DNA of 64,000 nt from positions 8,908,334 through 8,972,333 of the forward strand of contig CAVNZM010000005.1 of NCBI GenBank assembly GCA_963693365.1, given 5' to 3'. The DNA comes from Amoebidium appalachense (lineage: Eukaryota; Protista; Ichthyosporea). The position numbers and the translations under genes are program-made. Each line of letters starts with the position of its first letter. The stretch's first letter is position 1. Positions 1 to 12,872 of this stretch are shown in pieces. The notes below the pieces were generated by a model. The model searched no databases. It saw only the letters and a list, made by a program, of their open reading frames with translations, and had not been told where the DNA came from.

Positions 1-699
1 GCTAAGGGGGCTATGCATCAGTGGCTAAACGGAACTTCATTCCTCCAAAAGGGGGGGGGGGAAGGGGTAACGAATACAACCTTTGGTGAGTGGAAAAGAG
101 ACTCCGGCCGTGATCACGCGCACACACGGGGGGAGGGGGGGCAAGGGGGGCTACCGGGGGGCGGGTGGGGGGGGGGGGGGGGGGGGAACCCACCACCCCA
201 CTTGCTTAGGTGGATTCCTACCCCCCCCCCCTCTCGGAGGGCGGGCCCAACCACATTGGCTGAGTCAATAAACTTGCTCCCCGAAACTATCCTGCTATTT
301 TTTTATATAAACATTATACCATTTTAAAGCAGCCTGAATTATTCAGCAAATCAGGATTATTCTGATAGTATGATAATTCTGATAAAAGCAGAGTACAATG
401 ATTCCGCTGAGAGCTGCTACCGTAAAATTTGGTGGTAGCTCTTATTTTTGAGACCGACAAAACTCAGTGTCCGTTGAAGCGACTGCTCACGTGCCAGCTC
501 GTACTCTTGAAAATAGATACTTGGTCATACGACGGCTGAGGACACAGTCATATACGCGGCAGTGCCGAAAGCAGAATTAGCAAGCAGCACTGAATTAATC
601 TACTAAAACTTTGAGAATTGTTCTGCTTAAAGCAAAATCATTCTGCGGTCGAAAGCAGAAGAATTCTGCTGAGTGATTCCGCTCATTGACAAAAGCAGA

Positions 700-795
700 A
701 CAATTCTGCTTAAGAAAATCCTGCTTTTTGCAGAATAATCCTGCTTTTTGCAGAATAATTCTGCTTTTTGCAGAATAATTCTGCTTTTTGAAGAA
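700..795. repeat. 20-bp minisatellite (CTGCTTTTTGCAGAATAAT[C/T]) x ~4, with related AGCAGAAT motifs back to ~330
   Basis: Direct tandem copies visible at 721-790. Confidence 0.8.
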
Positions 796-955
796 TGATC
801 CTGCGGTTGCAAGTTAGCTCTGTCGATGTGGTTGGGTCCTGGAGGGGAGGGGGGGACCCACCCAGTCCCTGTGGCTACCGTGGGGAAGGGAAGGGGGGGG
901 AGAGGAGGGGGGAGGGGAGACTTCGATATTTACTACAGTCCCAAATTCAAAAAAA

Positions 956-995
<40 letters not shown>

Positions 996-1711
996 ACAAA
1001 ACCGTTCACACACACTGAAACACAATTACACATACACACCCACACACACACACACTTACACCACACACGCTTCAAAGGAAATGGAAAACCTGAAACAAGA
1101 AGGAAAAAAAAAGAAAACTGCACCCTATTGAGTTTTGCTCCCTCCCCCCCCCCCCCCCCCCCCCCTTCTCCCTCCCCTCCCCCCCGGGCCAACCACGTGC
1201 ACCCACCCACCCCCCATCCCCACCCCGCCTCTACCCCCCACGTGCACAAATTTAACAAACTGACACGCCCACACAAAAGAAAAGAAAGACCAAATAGAAT
1301 AAAAACCTTGTAGTTAGACTCTTTGTCGAGTTTTCCCCGCGTGCACGTGACCCCCGTGTGTACATGACTGTTAGTCTGAGCGACTGAGTCGTCGCGACGC
1401 GGTCTACGGAGCTGTACGTGCATGTTATTATGAATGTTCGGCCGCCAGTCACGTGTGCTGCGCAGAAAACGGCATTCGACTTCCGGATTGTTTTTGTTTT
1501 TTTTGTTTTTTTTTGTGTGTGATGTTTTCAAAGTATGACACCGTGACTGCCAGTGTACACGTGCGTGTGTGGTGTGTGATCATGACACGGTGTTTTTTTA
1601 CTTTTTATTTTATCCCGTTTCACTCCCGGCGAGGCACTGCCTCAGGGGAGCTTACCGTCTTCCGCCTAAACACAGATCGTACTGTAGGTACCTATAGAGT
1701 ATAGCACACTC

Positions 1712-2321
1712 ACAAGTCAATGATTCTAATCGACCCCAACTGGCACTATTTTTAGTTACGCCTTATCCCACGGTTCTAGCCGCAGCAACGCTAGTACTAG
1801 TGGGAAGCACTTTAACAACACCAGCCGGGAGCGACCCGGGACACATACACAAACATACGGACTTGAAAGGAAAAACCCCCTGCCCAGGACGCTGACATGA
1901 CCCGAACCGTGGCCGGTGACTCGGATTGGTCTAGATCACCTTATAAATGCTGCACAGTATGATATTGTGATCCGGTGCCTTAACTTTCTTTCGGAGCTAC
2001 CGATGCTAGCCTCTGCTTACCCATAATATGTAATAGGGGTGTCATAGGCCTATACTACGATGGCGCTCATTGTTGCCTAGCATGTACATATGTCACTGGC
2101 TGCATTTGATTGGCTGCGCTGGAAAACGCAGTAGGCCGTCGAATGTGGCTGGGCCGGCAATGATGTCTTCTTGGGGTTTACACACTTTTTATTGCGTGGA
2201 CTGGACACTGCCGGAGGCCCAGCCACATTCGACGGCCTACTGCGTTGCTGCGGCTAGAACCGTGGGATAAGGCGTAACTAAAAATAGTGCCAGTTGGGGT
2301 CGATTAGAATCATTGACTTGT
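1712..2321. mobile_element. Foldback/MITE-like element with ~80-bp inverted repeats
   Basis: 1712-1791 (ACAAGTCAATGATTCTAATCG...GCAGCAACGC) is the exact reverse complement of 2242-2321. The interior contains dispersed repeat R1 and a second ~31-bp inverted repeat (2126-2156/2216-2246). No clear target-site duplication. Confidence 0.75.
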
Positions 2322-2509
2322 AAACCCCCACTTGAACGTCGGGCTGGGATGCGCATTGGGCCAAGCGGCGCGCCGTCGACGTCAGAGGGCCGGTGCTGTT
2401 CATGACGTCATGTCTTGCGGCCGGATGATAACAAATTGGTGGACGGTCAGTGCTTGCTTGACGTGGTCTGGGGTGATGGCTTCTAGGGGGCGGCCAAGAC
2501 CGCCGGACC

Positions 2510-2709
2510 GTACACATATACCACCCCCCGATTCCGTGGTTCTTTGTAGCTCGGGATAAATTCATCCGGCCGTGTCCGACCCATGCGAGATAGCCTAAAT
2601 TCGGCGGGGATCATGCAGGAAAGGGCGGGCGGCCGGAGGACTTTCCGGGGCTAGGGTCGCCACCTTGCGCGAGGTGTAGGCCCAGCTTTGCGTTTGTTTG
2701 CTACCTGAA
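2510..2709 (+). repeat. Body of putative SINE, inverted relative to the copy at 3600-3790
   Basis: About 190 bp nearly identical to the reverse complement of 3600-3790; the two arms flank a (CT)n tract. Confidence 0.7.
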
Positions 2710-3025
2710 AGCTTTATGTTTTCTAAGTGCGCTGAATGCACACCATATGCATGCTGTATGCATACTAAACGAGCGCCATAGGAATTTCTCCTCTGTGCCC
2801 TTTGGCCTGTGAGTGTGTACCTCATGCATGCAAGCTGCGAGCGGGTGCCAGTGTGCAGTGAAATAATATGCACACACGTTGCCTCCGTGGCTCCGGCTGC
2901 AGCTGCCGACGGGCACTCTGTGTGCTATCTGAAGGAGTGGTTTGGCCCTGATGCAGGCTGGTGTGTAGACATACAGTGTCACTGTGGAGTCTGTGACACG
3001 TGCTTGTGCACCTCTCTCTCCCAGG

Positions 3026-3056
<31 letters not shown>

Positions 3057-3067
3057 CCTCTCTCTCT

Positions 3068-3135
<68 letters not shown>

Positions 3136-3599
3136 AGACTCTCTCTCTATTTCTCTCTATCCCTCTCTCCTCTCTCTCTGTCTCTCTGTCTCTCTTTCTC
3201 TCTTCCTCTATCTCTCATTTCTCTCTCTCTCTCTCTTTCTCTCTTACACACACACACACACCCACTCTCTCTCTCTCTCTCCCCCTCTCTCCCCCTCTTT
3301 ATCTTTCCGCTCTCTCCCTCTCTGTCTCTCTCTCTCAGGGCCTTCTCCCAGCCTGACACACACTCACTCACAAAAACATACACAGTGTCACACTCAGGCT
3401 CTCTCCCTCGAGTCTCTCTCTCTAACTCTCTCAGAGATCTCTCTCCATTGAGCAGCTCACAGATCTCCCTCGTTCTCCCTCCAGAATCTCTCTTAGCAAC
3501 TCTCTCTCTCTCACTCACACACTCTCTCTCAGGCTTTCCCAGAGCTCCCTTCTGCCTTTCCCACGCAAACTAGGGCCAAAGTTATGTTAAGCATCAGCC

Positions 3600-3880
3600 T
3601 TCGGGTAGCAAACAAACGCAAAGCTGGGCCTACACCTCGCGCAAGGTGGCGACCCTAGCCCCGAAAGTCCTCCGGCCGCCCGCCCTTTCCTGCATGAGCC
3701 CCGCCGAATTTAGGCTATCTCGCATGGGTCGGACACAGCCGGATGCATTTATCCCGAGCTACAAAAAACCAGGGTGGTATATGTGTCCGTCGAGGCAGAA
3801 CAAAAATCGGACGTAACCAGGATCGATCCTGCGACTTTGAGCTTGAAACGCAGAGACCTTACCATTGCACCAACCCGCCC
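3600..3880 (-). mobile_element. Putative tRNA-derived SINE (tRNA-like head 3880-3808 plus body)
   Basis: The minus strand reads GGGTTGGTGCAATGGTAAGGTCTCTGCGTTTCAAGCTCAAAGTCGCAGGATCGATCCTGG...TTTTT, with A-box-like TGGTGCAATGG and B-box-like GGATCGATCC. The stems are too degenerate for a functional tRNA. The repeated body follows. Confidence 0.5.
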
Positions 3881-4066
3881 CCCAATCATGACACGGTGTG
3901 TATGTACATGTGTGAATCACTGGTGTGATGTGTCACATATGATGCGTGTGTGTGACACTGTAGGCTACAGTGTGTGTTTGTGCGTGTGTGCCGGCGCCGT
4001 GTGCACGTGGTGAACGAGTCACAGTGTGGGTGTATACGTGTGTGAGGTGTGTGCACGTGCCACGGT

Positions 4067-4118
<52 letters not shown>

Positions 4119-5866
4119 ACCGTGTGTGTGTGTTGTGTGTGTGTATACATGTACACTGTGTGTGTGTGTGTGTGTGCGTGCACGTACACGCGTGCGTGCG
4201 TTTGTGTGTGTGTGTGTGTGCCGGCCGGACTGTGTGTATGTGTGTACTCCAGTGTCAGAGGTGTGTGTGTGTATCCGGGCCTGGAGAGGGTGTGTGTGTA
4301 TCCGGACCCGGAGACGGTGTCACTGACCGTGCGTGTGTGTGACACTGTGTGTGTACGACTAGTGTGTGTACTGTGTCACTGCAAAATCCGCAATCAGAGA
4401 ATCGTGCCCGATTTGTGCCTACGATAGGGACGATTCGGTGCCTATAAAGTCGGGCCGGCCGATGGCCGATGTCGTTCTTGAGATTTTGTGTGCGGAGGCT
4501 CATGCGCGCGCCCAAAGAAATGCACAAAGAGTCATCAGCACATTCCTGTGACTCATACCTTAGCCGCTCGTGCTGTAAGTCTGGAATGCAAAGTCAAGAT
4601 TGCGATCACGTCACCCCGAACGTGCGCGAGATTAGCCTCACGTGTCTAGGACGTCTGGACGGTCTGGCCCGATGGCATCCCCCCCCCCCCCCCCGGAAAA
4701 AAAATAAAAAAAATAAAAAAAATAACGGGGGAACCAGGCAATAAATTGGCACCACAAACAGATTTTTTCTCGTCGTTTTTATTAGCCATATCGTTGACAC
4801 CGCACACAGGTTGTTGTGGCGCTGGCTTACAGCCTGCAGTACGTTACATATGCATGCCCCAATGGATCTAGAGAACGTTAGCAATGAGTTAAAAGCTTTG
4901 TAGCTAAAGGATATCACATTTATGCAGTGTTAATAGCACACATAAGTGAAGCTCGGGCTTCAGCATAAGGCATGGCTACACAAGATTATACGAACTACAG
5001 TGTCCAGCGTATTCCAGCACAAATGTAAGCTACGTATACCTAGCAAAAAATAACGAAACAGCACTACTGACTAAGCTGCCTTTTCGTTGCTAACAAGAAC
5101 CACAGTCCGAAGCAACACCCTCGTTAAGCCACGGGAGAGCTGAGCCCACCCCCGAACGTTGCCGTGGTTGTCATCTTCATGGTTGCGCATCCGCTGGCGC
5201 TCGCGAACATCCTTATCTGTAAAACCTGACTGAGCCACAACGAAAATGCCTGGATTCTATCCCCCCCCCCCCCCCCCCCCCCCCCCCCTCAAACATCCCC
5301 CTCCCCCCCCCCCCCCCCCTTTCCCTCCCCATCCCCGGCGCCCTTTTATACCTTTCCCATACTCCTTACTACCCCGCCTGCCCCCCCCCCCCCCCCCCAC
5401 CCCCACCCCCTCTCTCCATCTTCCTCCTTCCCTCCCTCACCCTCCTCCCCCCCCCCCCCTTCCTCTTCCCAAGTCTCTCTAAGCACATATGACATGAATC
5501 CTTCTCCCCCCATCCTTCACACCCACCTCCCCCCCTCCCTTGGCCTCCCGCACTCTCCACCCATGCTTTGCCCCTCAACCCCCCCCCCCCCCCCCCCCCC
5601 CCCCCACACACACACATGACACGAGAAGAGGCAGGCCCCCCCCCCTCCCCCCCCCCCCCCCCCGAGGGCCTCCTTTTACGCATTCTCCCACTCTTCTTAT
5701 CTTACTCATCCCCCTCCCCCCCCCCCCCCCCTCCCCCCCCCCCCCCCCACCTTTCACCCCCTCTCATCTTTCTCGCTCCCTACCTCACACTGGTCTCTCC
5801 CCCTCGTCCCTTTTTCCCACCACCCTCTCGAGGCACATAAGACACGAAACCTTATTTCCCCATTCG

Positions 5867-5906
<40 letters not shown>

Positions 5907-5971
5907 GACATGTACAAATAAGACACAAACACACACACACACAATAACTTAATGCCTGCAGGTATTGAGTG

Positions 5972-6837
5972 GCAGATCGTCATGCGAGCCCTATACCAAG
6001 GTTTCTATCGTGACCCAGAGCTACTGGCCCAACTTCCTCCCGCGCTTCAAGAGCTACTGCCAAAAGACACAGAGGATGCTACAGGCATTTTGCGCAGAAA
6101 AACAATACCGGGTACTTACGGGCCAGCAGCCGCAGCTCCAGCACAGAAGAAGCGCAGGGGCAAGACCATTAGCGTTGAGAGCAGTCCTTATCCTGACCTA
6201 AAACAACAAATCAATCAGTACATTCGTGCAGCTTACTTCCGGGACAAACCAAACGGTCTAGAGCTTGCACAGGCAGCATGCCCCATATAGTGACAGACGC
6301 AATCTATCATGCAGAGAGTTGGGCACAGAAAGTGGTGAATCCATTAGCTTTTGAGAGACTATGTGCAATTTTGCCTTGGAAGGAAAGCCAAAACAATCAC
6401 CAGTATGCAGTCATTCCTCTCAGGCCAGGGCTCTAGTCTAGCAGCACGATAAAGCCTATGATAATGATAGATGTGTAAAATGTAAAAAGTAAGATAGAAA
6501 TGTAAATATGGCTAGTTAAGATTGTGTGCCTTAACAACGTATACTGCCTCGTTATATGCATAGAATAAAAGGAAAATTCTTATAAAGGGCTAAAAGCAAA
6601 ACGGAACACGATGATGTTAACCAAGGCAACAAAATCATGCAGTCGTTAAAGAAAAAGGTGAAATGTTCTAAGAAAACTGTGTTCCTGTCTTAAAGAAACT
6701 TCTATCACACCAGTGGTTTATGTATGTAAACTATCCGACGAGGGAGGGTTTGAGTGTGCAAAAAAGGGGAGGGTGGATGCGTGGCAACAGGTGTATGTAT
6801 TTTTGTTTCTGTGTGCGCGCGCGCATGTGCGGGCCGG

Positions 6838-6917
<80 letters not shown>

Positions 6918-6965
6918 ATGCGTGCGTGCGTGTGTGCGTGCTTGCGTGCGTGCGTGTGCGTGTGC

Positions 6966-7023
<58 letters not shown>

Positions 7024-7575
7024 ATTTGTGTGTGCACGCGCACGCGCGAGTGTTGTGACATAAACTTTCACCAAGTTTAGGGGTGTGTGTGTAAGCATGA
7101 AGTGTGTACTTGTGTGTGTGGGTGGCAGGGCATTGAAGGCGAGAATGAGGGGCATGGCGAAGAAAGCCCAGCACTCACAAAGGCTACAAGTAAGCACCCA
7201 CCTCGGAGCGTGGATTCTATAAACAGTCCGCTCCATGCAGCCTGTCAACGATTCACCGTTATAATGTCCATCCGAATGACAAGCAAACAACATGAAAATG
7301 GACACAACAAGCTGAGGGCTGACATTGTTCCATTGACACTAACAGAGAGAAACAAATAAAAGAGAAACACAAAAGTTATCATTGTGATAAAACCAAAACC
7401 CACAAGACTATTCACTGAAGAGAGGTAGAGAACCTGACACGTGTGCAAGGCCATCGAGAAAACTCTACGTGACTCTATTCCGTCACACTTTGCAAGTGCA
7501 GGTACACGAACAATGTGTGCCAAAGTTTCAAACGCGAACATTCATCTGTATGGAATGTAATGATGCGCCTAGCAC
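5972..7575 (+). pseudogene. Degraded coding remnant ending in a broken PHD-type zinc finger (possibly transposon-derived)
   Basis: A ~105-aa non-repetitive exon-like ORF follows a CTGCAG acceptor (5972-6290). 7130-7575 reads, through stops and frameshifts, T*HVCK...[C]HLCKVQVHEQCVPKFQTRTFICMEC, a C4HC3-like pattern after a Lys-rich stretch. Linkage of the two parts is inferred. Confidence 0.4.
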
Positions 7576-7883
7576 CAATGGGAGAGCACCACTAAGAGAT
7601 TCACGGCATCCCGCTTATTGGTTCCAGGGATGCGGATTGATACGGCGGAAAATACCTCGCCCAATACGCTCACGAACACCGTTTTATTACAAATTTGGCG
7701 CCGACCGTACGGCGCCTATTCGGCACGACCAGTCGCGTGAGCAAGCAGCATACAAAATTATGAAATTCCTCAAAAAAGTCGTGGCTCATCTGCAATCGGT
7801 CGGGCCGATTTCGCGCACCTCGACTATAATAGAAAATAGTCGCCACTACACGGTACCAATCGTCTAACTGCTGGTTTTATAGT

Positions 7884-7966
<83 letters not shown>

Positions 7967-9137
7967 ACATGTGTGTGTGTGTGTGTGTGTGTTAGTAGGT
8001 CCACCGATTTTTCAACCAGTGGCTCTAATAATACAGCCAAAAATGTAAAAAAAAGGTACCCCTAAAAATGGTTGGTGACTCTATTATTTGGCCTCAGCGG
8101 AGAAGTTGCCAAGTAACAGCCAAGAACGAATTTCACACCCCGAGTGCATGTATGTACATCATCACGGTGAGGCGCACGAGTCACCTCGAATGATCACGGT
8201 AAGAACACGTACATACATGTTCATCATTCAATGCACATTCATTGCATACTGAAGTGCCATATTAATACAAGCATATAAATGTACAAACTTTAAAGGGAAC
8301 ACAATCTCTGTGAAAATATTACCGTAAAGTGCTGTCACTACTAGGTATAGTAAAGAAAATGCACGTGTAAAGGTGATACATTTTTGCAACGTGGCACAGG
8401 CAGCCTTGGCAAGATGATAAAAAACTCATCCAATGAGCGCGTACGAATATACCGATTTAGCATTCCATTCTTCACGTGACCGTTCGCACGGGATAAATGA
8501 TTAGCGCAAACATGCTCGGCATGCGACACAAAACAGGCTGACACAGTGACACCCTGACAGGGCAAAAACAGCCAGTCAAGGATTGTTTCATCTTTTTGTA
8601 CGCGTACACGTACACACGGTATAGGGTGTAGGTTTTGTGTGTATTATTTGGGTTTAGCGCGTTATGTTTTGTTACTCGCGCGGGCGGGCCCGTTTGACCC
8701 CTCTCAAGGCCTACCTGCTCCATTCCTGTGTTATCGCAAAGGAGGGCCGTGACGGCAAAACCTGTTCAAACGCAAACAAAGATCAAACATCGTCTTTTCT
8801 TTGAGCTGCTGGGTATCGTTTCCAGAAGGCAAAATGGGGCCGAAACGCCGAGCACCGGAAGGGACTGAAAGAGGTAAAGATCGCCTGAATGAGCAGAACG
8901 CTACAACGTTATGCCTGTAGGCTTGCCTGTGTGCCCTAGTCATTCAAATTAGAAGCCTTTTTGTTACGTTGAACTAACTTAAAGTGGGAAAGTGAGTTGG
9001 GGAGAGGGTTTAGCTTAGGGGGGAGAGTGAGAAACAGCGGGTCAAAGGGCCCGCTCGATGTTGTTGATGACTTGTGTCCATGGTTAATTCAACAGTAAGA
9101 CCACTGAGTCATCTTTAGGTGTGGAGGTGGACAAGCT

Positions 9138-9734
9138 ATGCAAGGAGAGCAAAGAAGGGGTTAATGTACCGTCACCTACAGACATAAAAGTTCGCTTCTC
9201 TGACTGGTGAAAGAACTCGATCGAATCATTGTGTTGTGTTTCAAAGTTTGTCCGAGGCTGCTTCTCCTGCCGATTTTTTTGACAGCTTTTAGCCACTGAA
9301 TGAACGTTGCGTAGGTAAAACGGTGACACGAAATGTCCTGGTCAAAGCATCTCCTGCTTGTAATGGATTCAGATGTATTTGATTAGTGCACGCTGATTTG
9401 TTGGGTCGGGAAATTTGCTTGCCTCAGAACATAGTGCTGTGTCATAACATCAAAAGGAGCATGTTCATGAGTTTCGATGAGTGTTTTGAAAAAAATTGCA
9501 ATGCAACGGGGAATGGGGGGGGGGGGGAGTGGGGGGGTTGGGGTTGTGGGTTGAGGGGGTTATCAACAAGTTGGACTTGTTCCGACCAATTTTCCGCTGC
9601 ATTTTTCTAATGTTTGTGGGTCTTGTAGAATCGGGTGGACCTTTCAAGAAGAAAGCCGAGTCAAGGGAGCTGGACCGTGAAAGATGCAAAGAGAGGAGGC
9701 GGAAATGCATATTGCTCATGGAGGAGCTAAGAAC

Positions 9735-9791
<57 letters not shown>

Positions 9792-9801
9792 GTGCGCATG
9801 C

Positions 9802-9846
<45 letters not shown>

Positions 9847-10409
9847 GGTGTTGGTGTTGGTGTTGGTGTTTGTGTGCGTGTGTGCGCGCGTGTGTGTGTG
9901 CATGCGTGTGCGTGTGCGGTCATGTGAAGCAAGTATGCGCACGCATATACATGTGCAAGTGTGCGTGTGTGTGTGTTTTGAAAGGAGAGCCATATTATCT
10001 CTCTCGCTCTCTCCCTCCCTCCCTCTCTCCCTCTCCCTGTCTCTCTCTTCTCTCCCTCTCTCTCGCTTTCTCTTCTCTCCCTCTCTCTCTCTCGTTTCTC
10101 TCTCTCCCTTTTGCTCTTCTTGCTCTTGCTCTTGCTCTTGCTCTCTCTCTCTCTCAGCCCCCCCCCCCCCCCCCCCCCCCCTCCCCCCCCCTCTCCCCCT
10201 GCGCCCCACAATCAAGAGTCTCGCCTTCCCCCCCTATGTTCTTCCGTCCCTGCCTCCCCCCGTAGCTCTCTCTGTCTCTCCCCACCGAAGAGTCCCCTCC
10301 CCTCCCCCCCCCCCCCCCCCCCCACTTTCAGTTTGCTCTCTCTGTCCTGAACGGAGGCTCCCCCCCGCCCCCTCTGTCTGCTTCTGGACCTCGCTCTCCC
10401 TCCCCCCCC

Positions 10410-10440
<31 letters not shown>

Positions 10441-10660
10441 ACACACGCACACACTCTCTCTCTCTGTCTCGCTGTCTCTCTCTCTTTCCCCCCCCCTCTC
10501 TCCCTCCCTCGCTCACTCATCCCCCCCCCCCCCTCCCCCCTCCCCCCTGTCTCTCGGTGTCTGTGTACGCCGCAACGATCTAATATTTTCAAGGCTAAAT
10601 GACTTTCAATCCTTCAGTTCATTCTTCTCACCGAGAGCCACATCCCCCCCCCCCCCTCCT

Positions 10661-10699
<39 letters not shown>

Positions 10700-12494
10700 C
10701 AGTCTTAATGCTCACCTCAGCACCCCCCCCAAAAAAGATATCGTACGTCTCGTTTTCTAACTGCGGGTGGGGGCATTGCAGATGCTTGCACCCTCGGACA
10801 CGGACCGCAAGATGTCGCAGAACGTGCTCCTGTTTATGGCCGCAGAGTACGTAGCAGGCAAAGGTACTTTTATTGTTGTTGATGATAAAATCGTTAATTT
10901 GTTATTGTTAATGATATGATTTATTTTATTATTAAAGTGTGCACCTGTTTATGGCTGCAGAGTACGTGGCAAGCAAAGGTACTGTTATTGTTGATAATAT
11001 TTATTGTAAATTGTTGTTGTTGTTAATGATATCAACTATAATATTGGTACATCTTAATTGCTAACAATTAGCGACCACGTCGTCCCGGCAAATTGTTTTT
11101 TGTTTTTTTTGTTGTTTGTGTTTGTGAAACATGCCATTTTCTTGTAATCATCCTTCTACCCTTGATTTTGTTTTTGGAAAGGGATATGGGGGGCACGGGC
11201 GGGCAAGGGGCGCGCGGGTGGTGCGCTTGGGGAGGGGGGGGGACGGGGGAGGGGGGAGGGGAGGGTTCGCTTGTGCAGATGCTTGTCGAATATCTATTTG
11301 TAGATGAAGTAACGTAACGTTACACAACTAGAGTCGATAGTGGTTGACTTGATGTGGAAGTTTGGTGGTTGGGGGGATGGACCTGTGGCTCAGCGAAACA
11401 TCGCAATTGTGTGTGTGTGGCAGTGTGTATTTGTTGTTTGAGAGATCCCCACCGACCCAATTGCACAGGTTTGTCGATCTTTCGGCCGATTTTGTGAAAT
11501 CCGGGAAATTTGTTAAAGCCTTTACGAAGTGGTCTGGCTGCAAATTAATATCGTTGGCCCAAGACTACCGACCATACAGATAGATACTGAAAGTCAAACG
11601 GGGGCAGCATGATGGCTTTTGGGACTGGCTGAGTTTGTAGCGATGTTATCACCCCTAAAGAGCGCTTTTTTGGCTGTTATCTATATATTTCCTGAAAGCT
11701 TATTTTTTTTGCCTATATTGATTTGTAGAAATAATGGTCCTGCATGCAGCGATGCAGCCAAAAAAGTTAGCCAGCAAGGGCACAAAACTAACATTTTAAG
11801 GTTAGCCAAGTGCCAAAAATGGCGCGTCAGTAATTGGCTAATTTTGATTGGGTAACACCTGCCATCATGCTAATGGGGCCTATCGTTGCATGTGGAGTGG
11901 CTGAATGGTTTTATGCAGGAAGGAATAAAGATCCACTTTAGGTACTGCTTTGTCGCAACAACAGATATGCAGAAGACACACTATATATGACAAGAGAAAG
12001 TTCCACGGATTTTTCAAGCGTGTTTGGTCTGAGTCCATGGATGCTCATAGAGTCACGTGCTGGGTGTCTGTGCAGGGGGGCCCAATCAGCTGCTGCGCCG
12101 ACCGACATTCCTGAGGAGGGGGGGCAAATTGCGCTGCAGGGGATAGACGCTGTGGGCATATTGGCGGACGAGATTGGGCAGATTCTCTTTGCCCTGCCTT
12201 CTGCCGGACGATTGATTGGGGTAATAGGTCCCCACATCCCCCAATTATCTAATATTCCCCCCCCCCCCCCCCCCCCCTAATTCCTTCCCTTAATGGGCTC
12301 TACTTCTGATCCTTAATATTAGCGGGTGTTGTTCTTCTTCTTCCTCTTCCTTTCTTGTTCCTTCTTTTTCTTCTTCTTGTTCTTCTTCTTCTTTTTTTTT
12401 TTCTTTCTTTCTTTCTTTTTTTTTGGGCAGCGTTTCCATGGTGTTGTCCGTCGTAAATGCGTATATCGTACTCTGCAACGCATTCTACCCCCAT

Positions 12495-12546
<52 letters not shown>

Positions 12547-12830
12547 ACCACCACCACCACCACCACCACCACCACCATCCCACCCCACCCCCTACGAAGC
12601 ACAAAACCCAACCGTGATGATGAGCTCTGGTCCAGGTGCCTTTTTGCCTCCACATTTTTCTTTTTGTGACTTTTTGTTTTGTTGGGTGATGTTAGAATTT
12701 GTCGTATCCTGTGTTGTTTATGGCTTTCGATTTCCATTCTCCAGAAACCCAAATAGTGCATACGTCTATAGCCCCCTCCTCCCCCCCCCCCCCCCCTCCC
12801 CCCCCCCCCCCCCCCGCTCCTCTTTCCTCT

Positions 12831-12872
<42 letters not shown>

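Noticed and set aside
3808-3880. Functional tRNA gene
   Set aside because: A/B-box-like motifs are present, but the acceptor and anticodon stems do not pair properly; treated as a SINE head or pseudo-tRNA.
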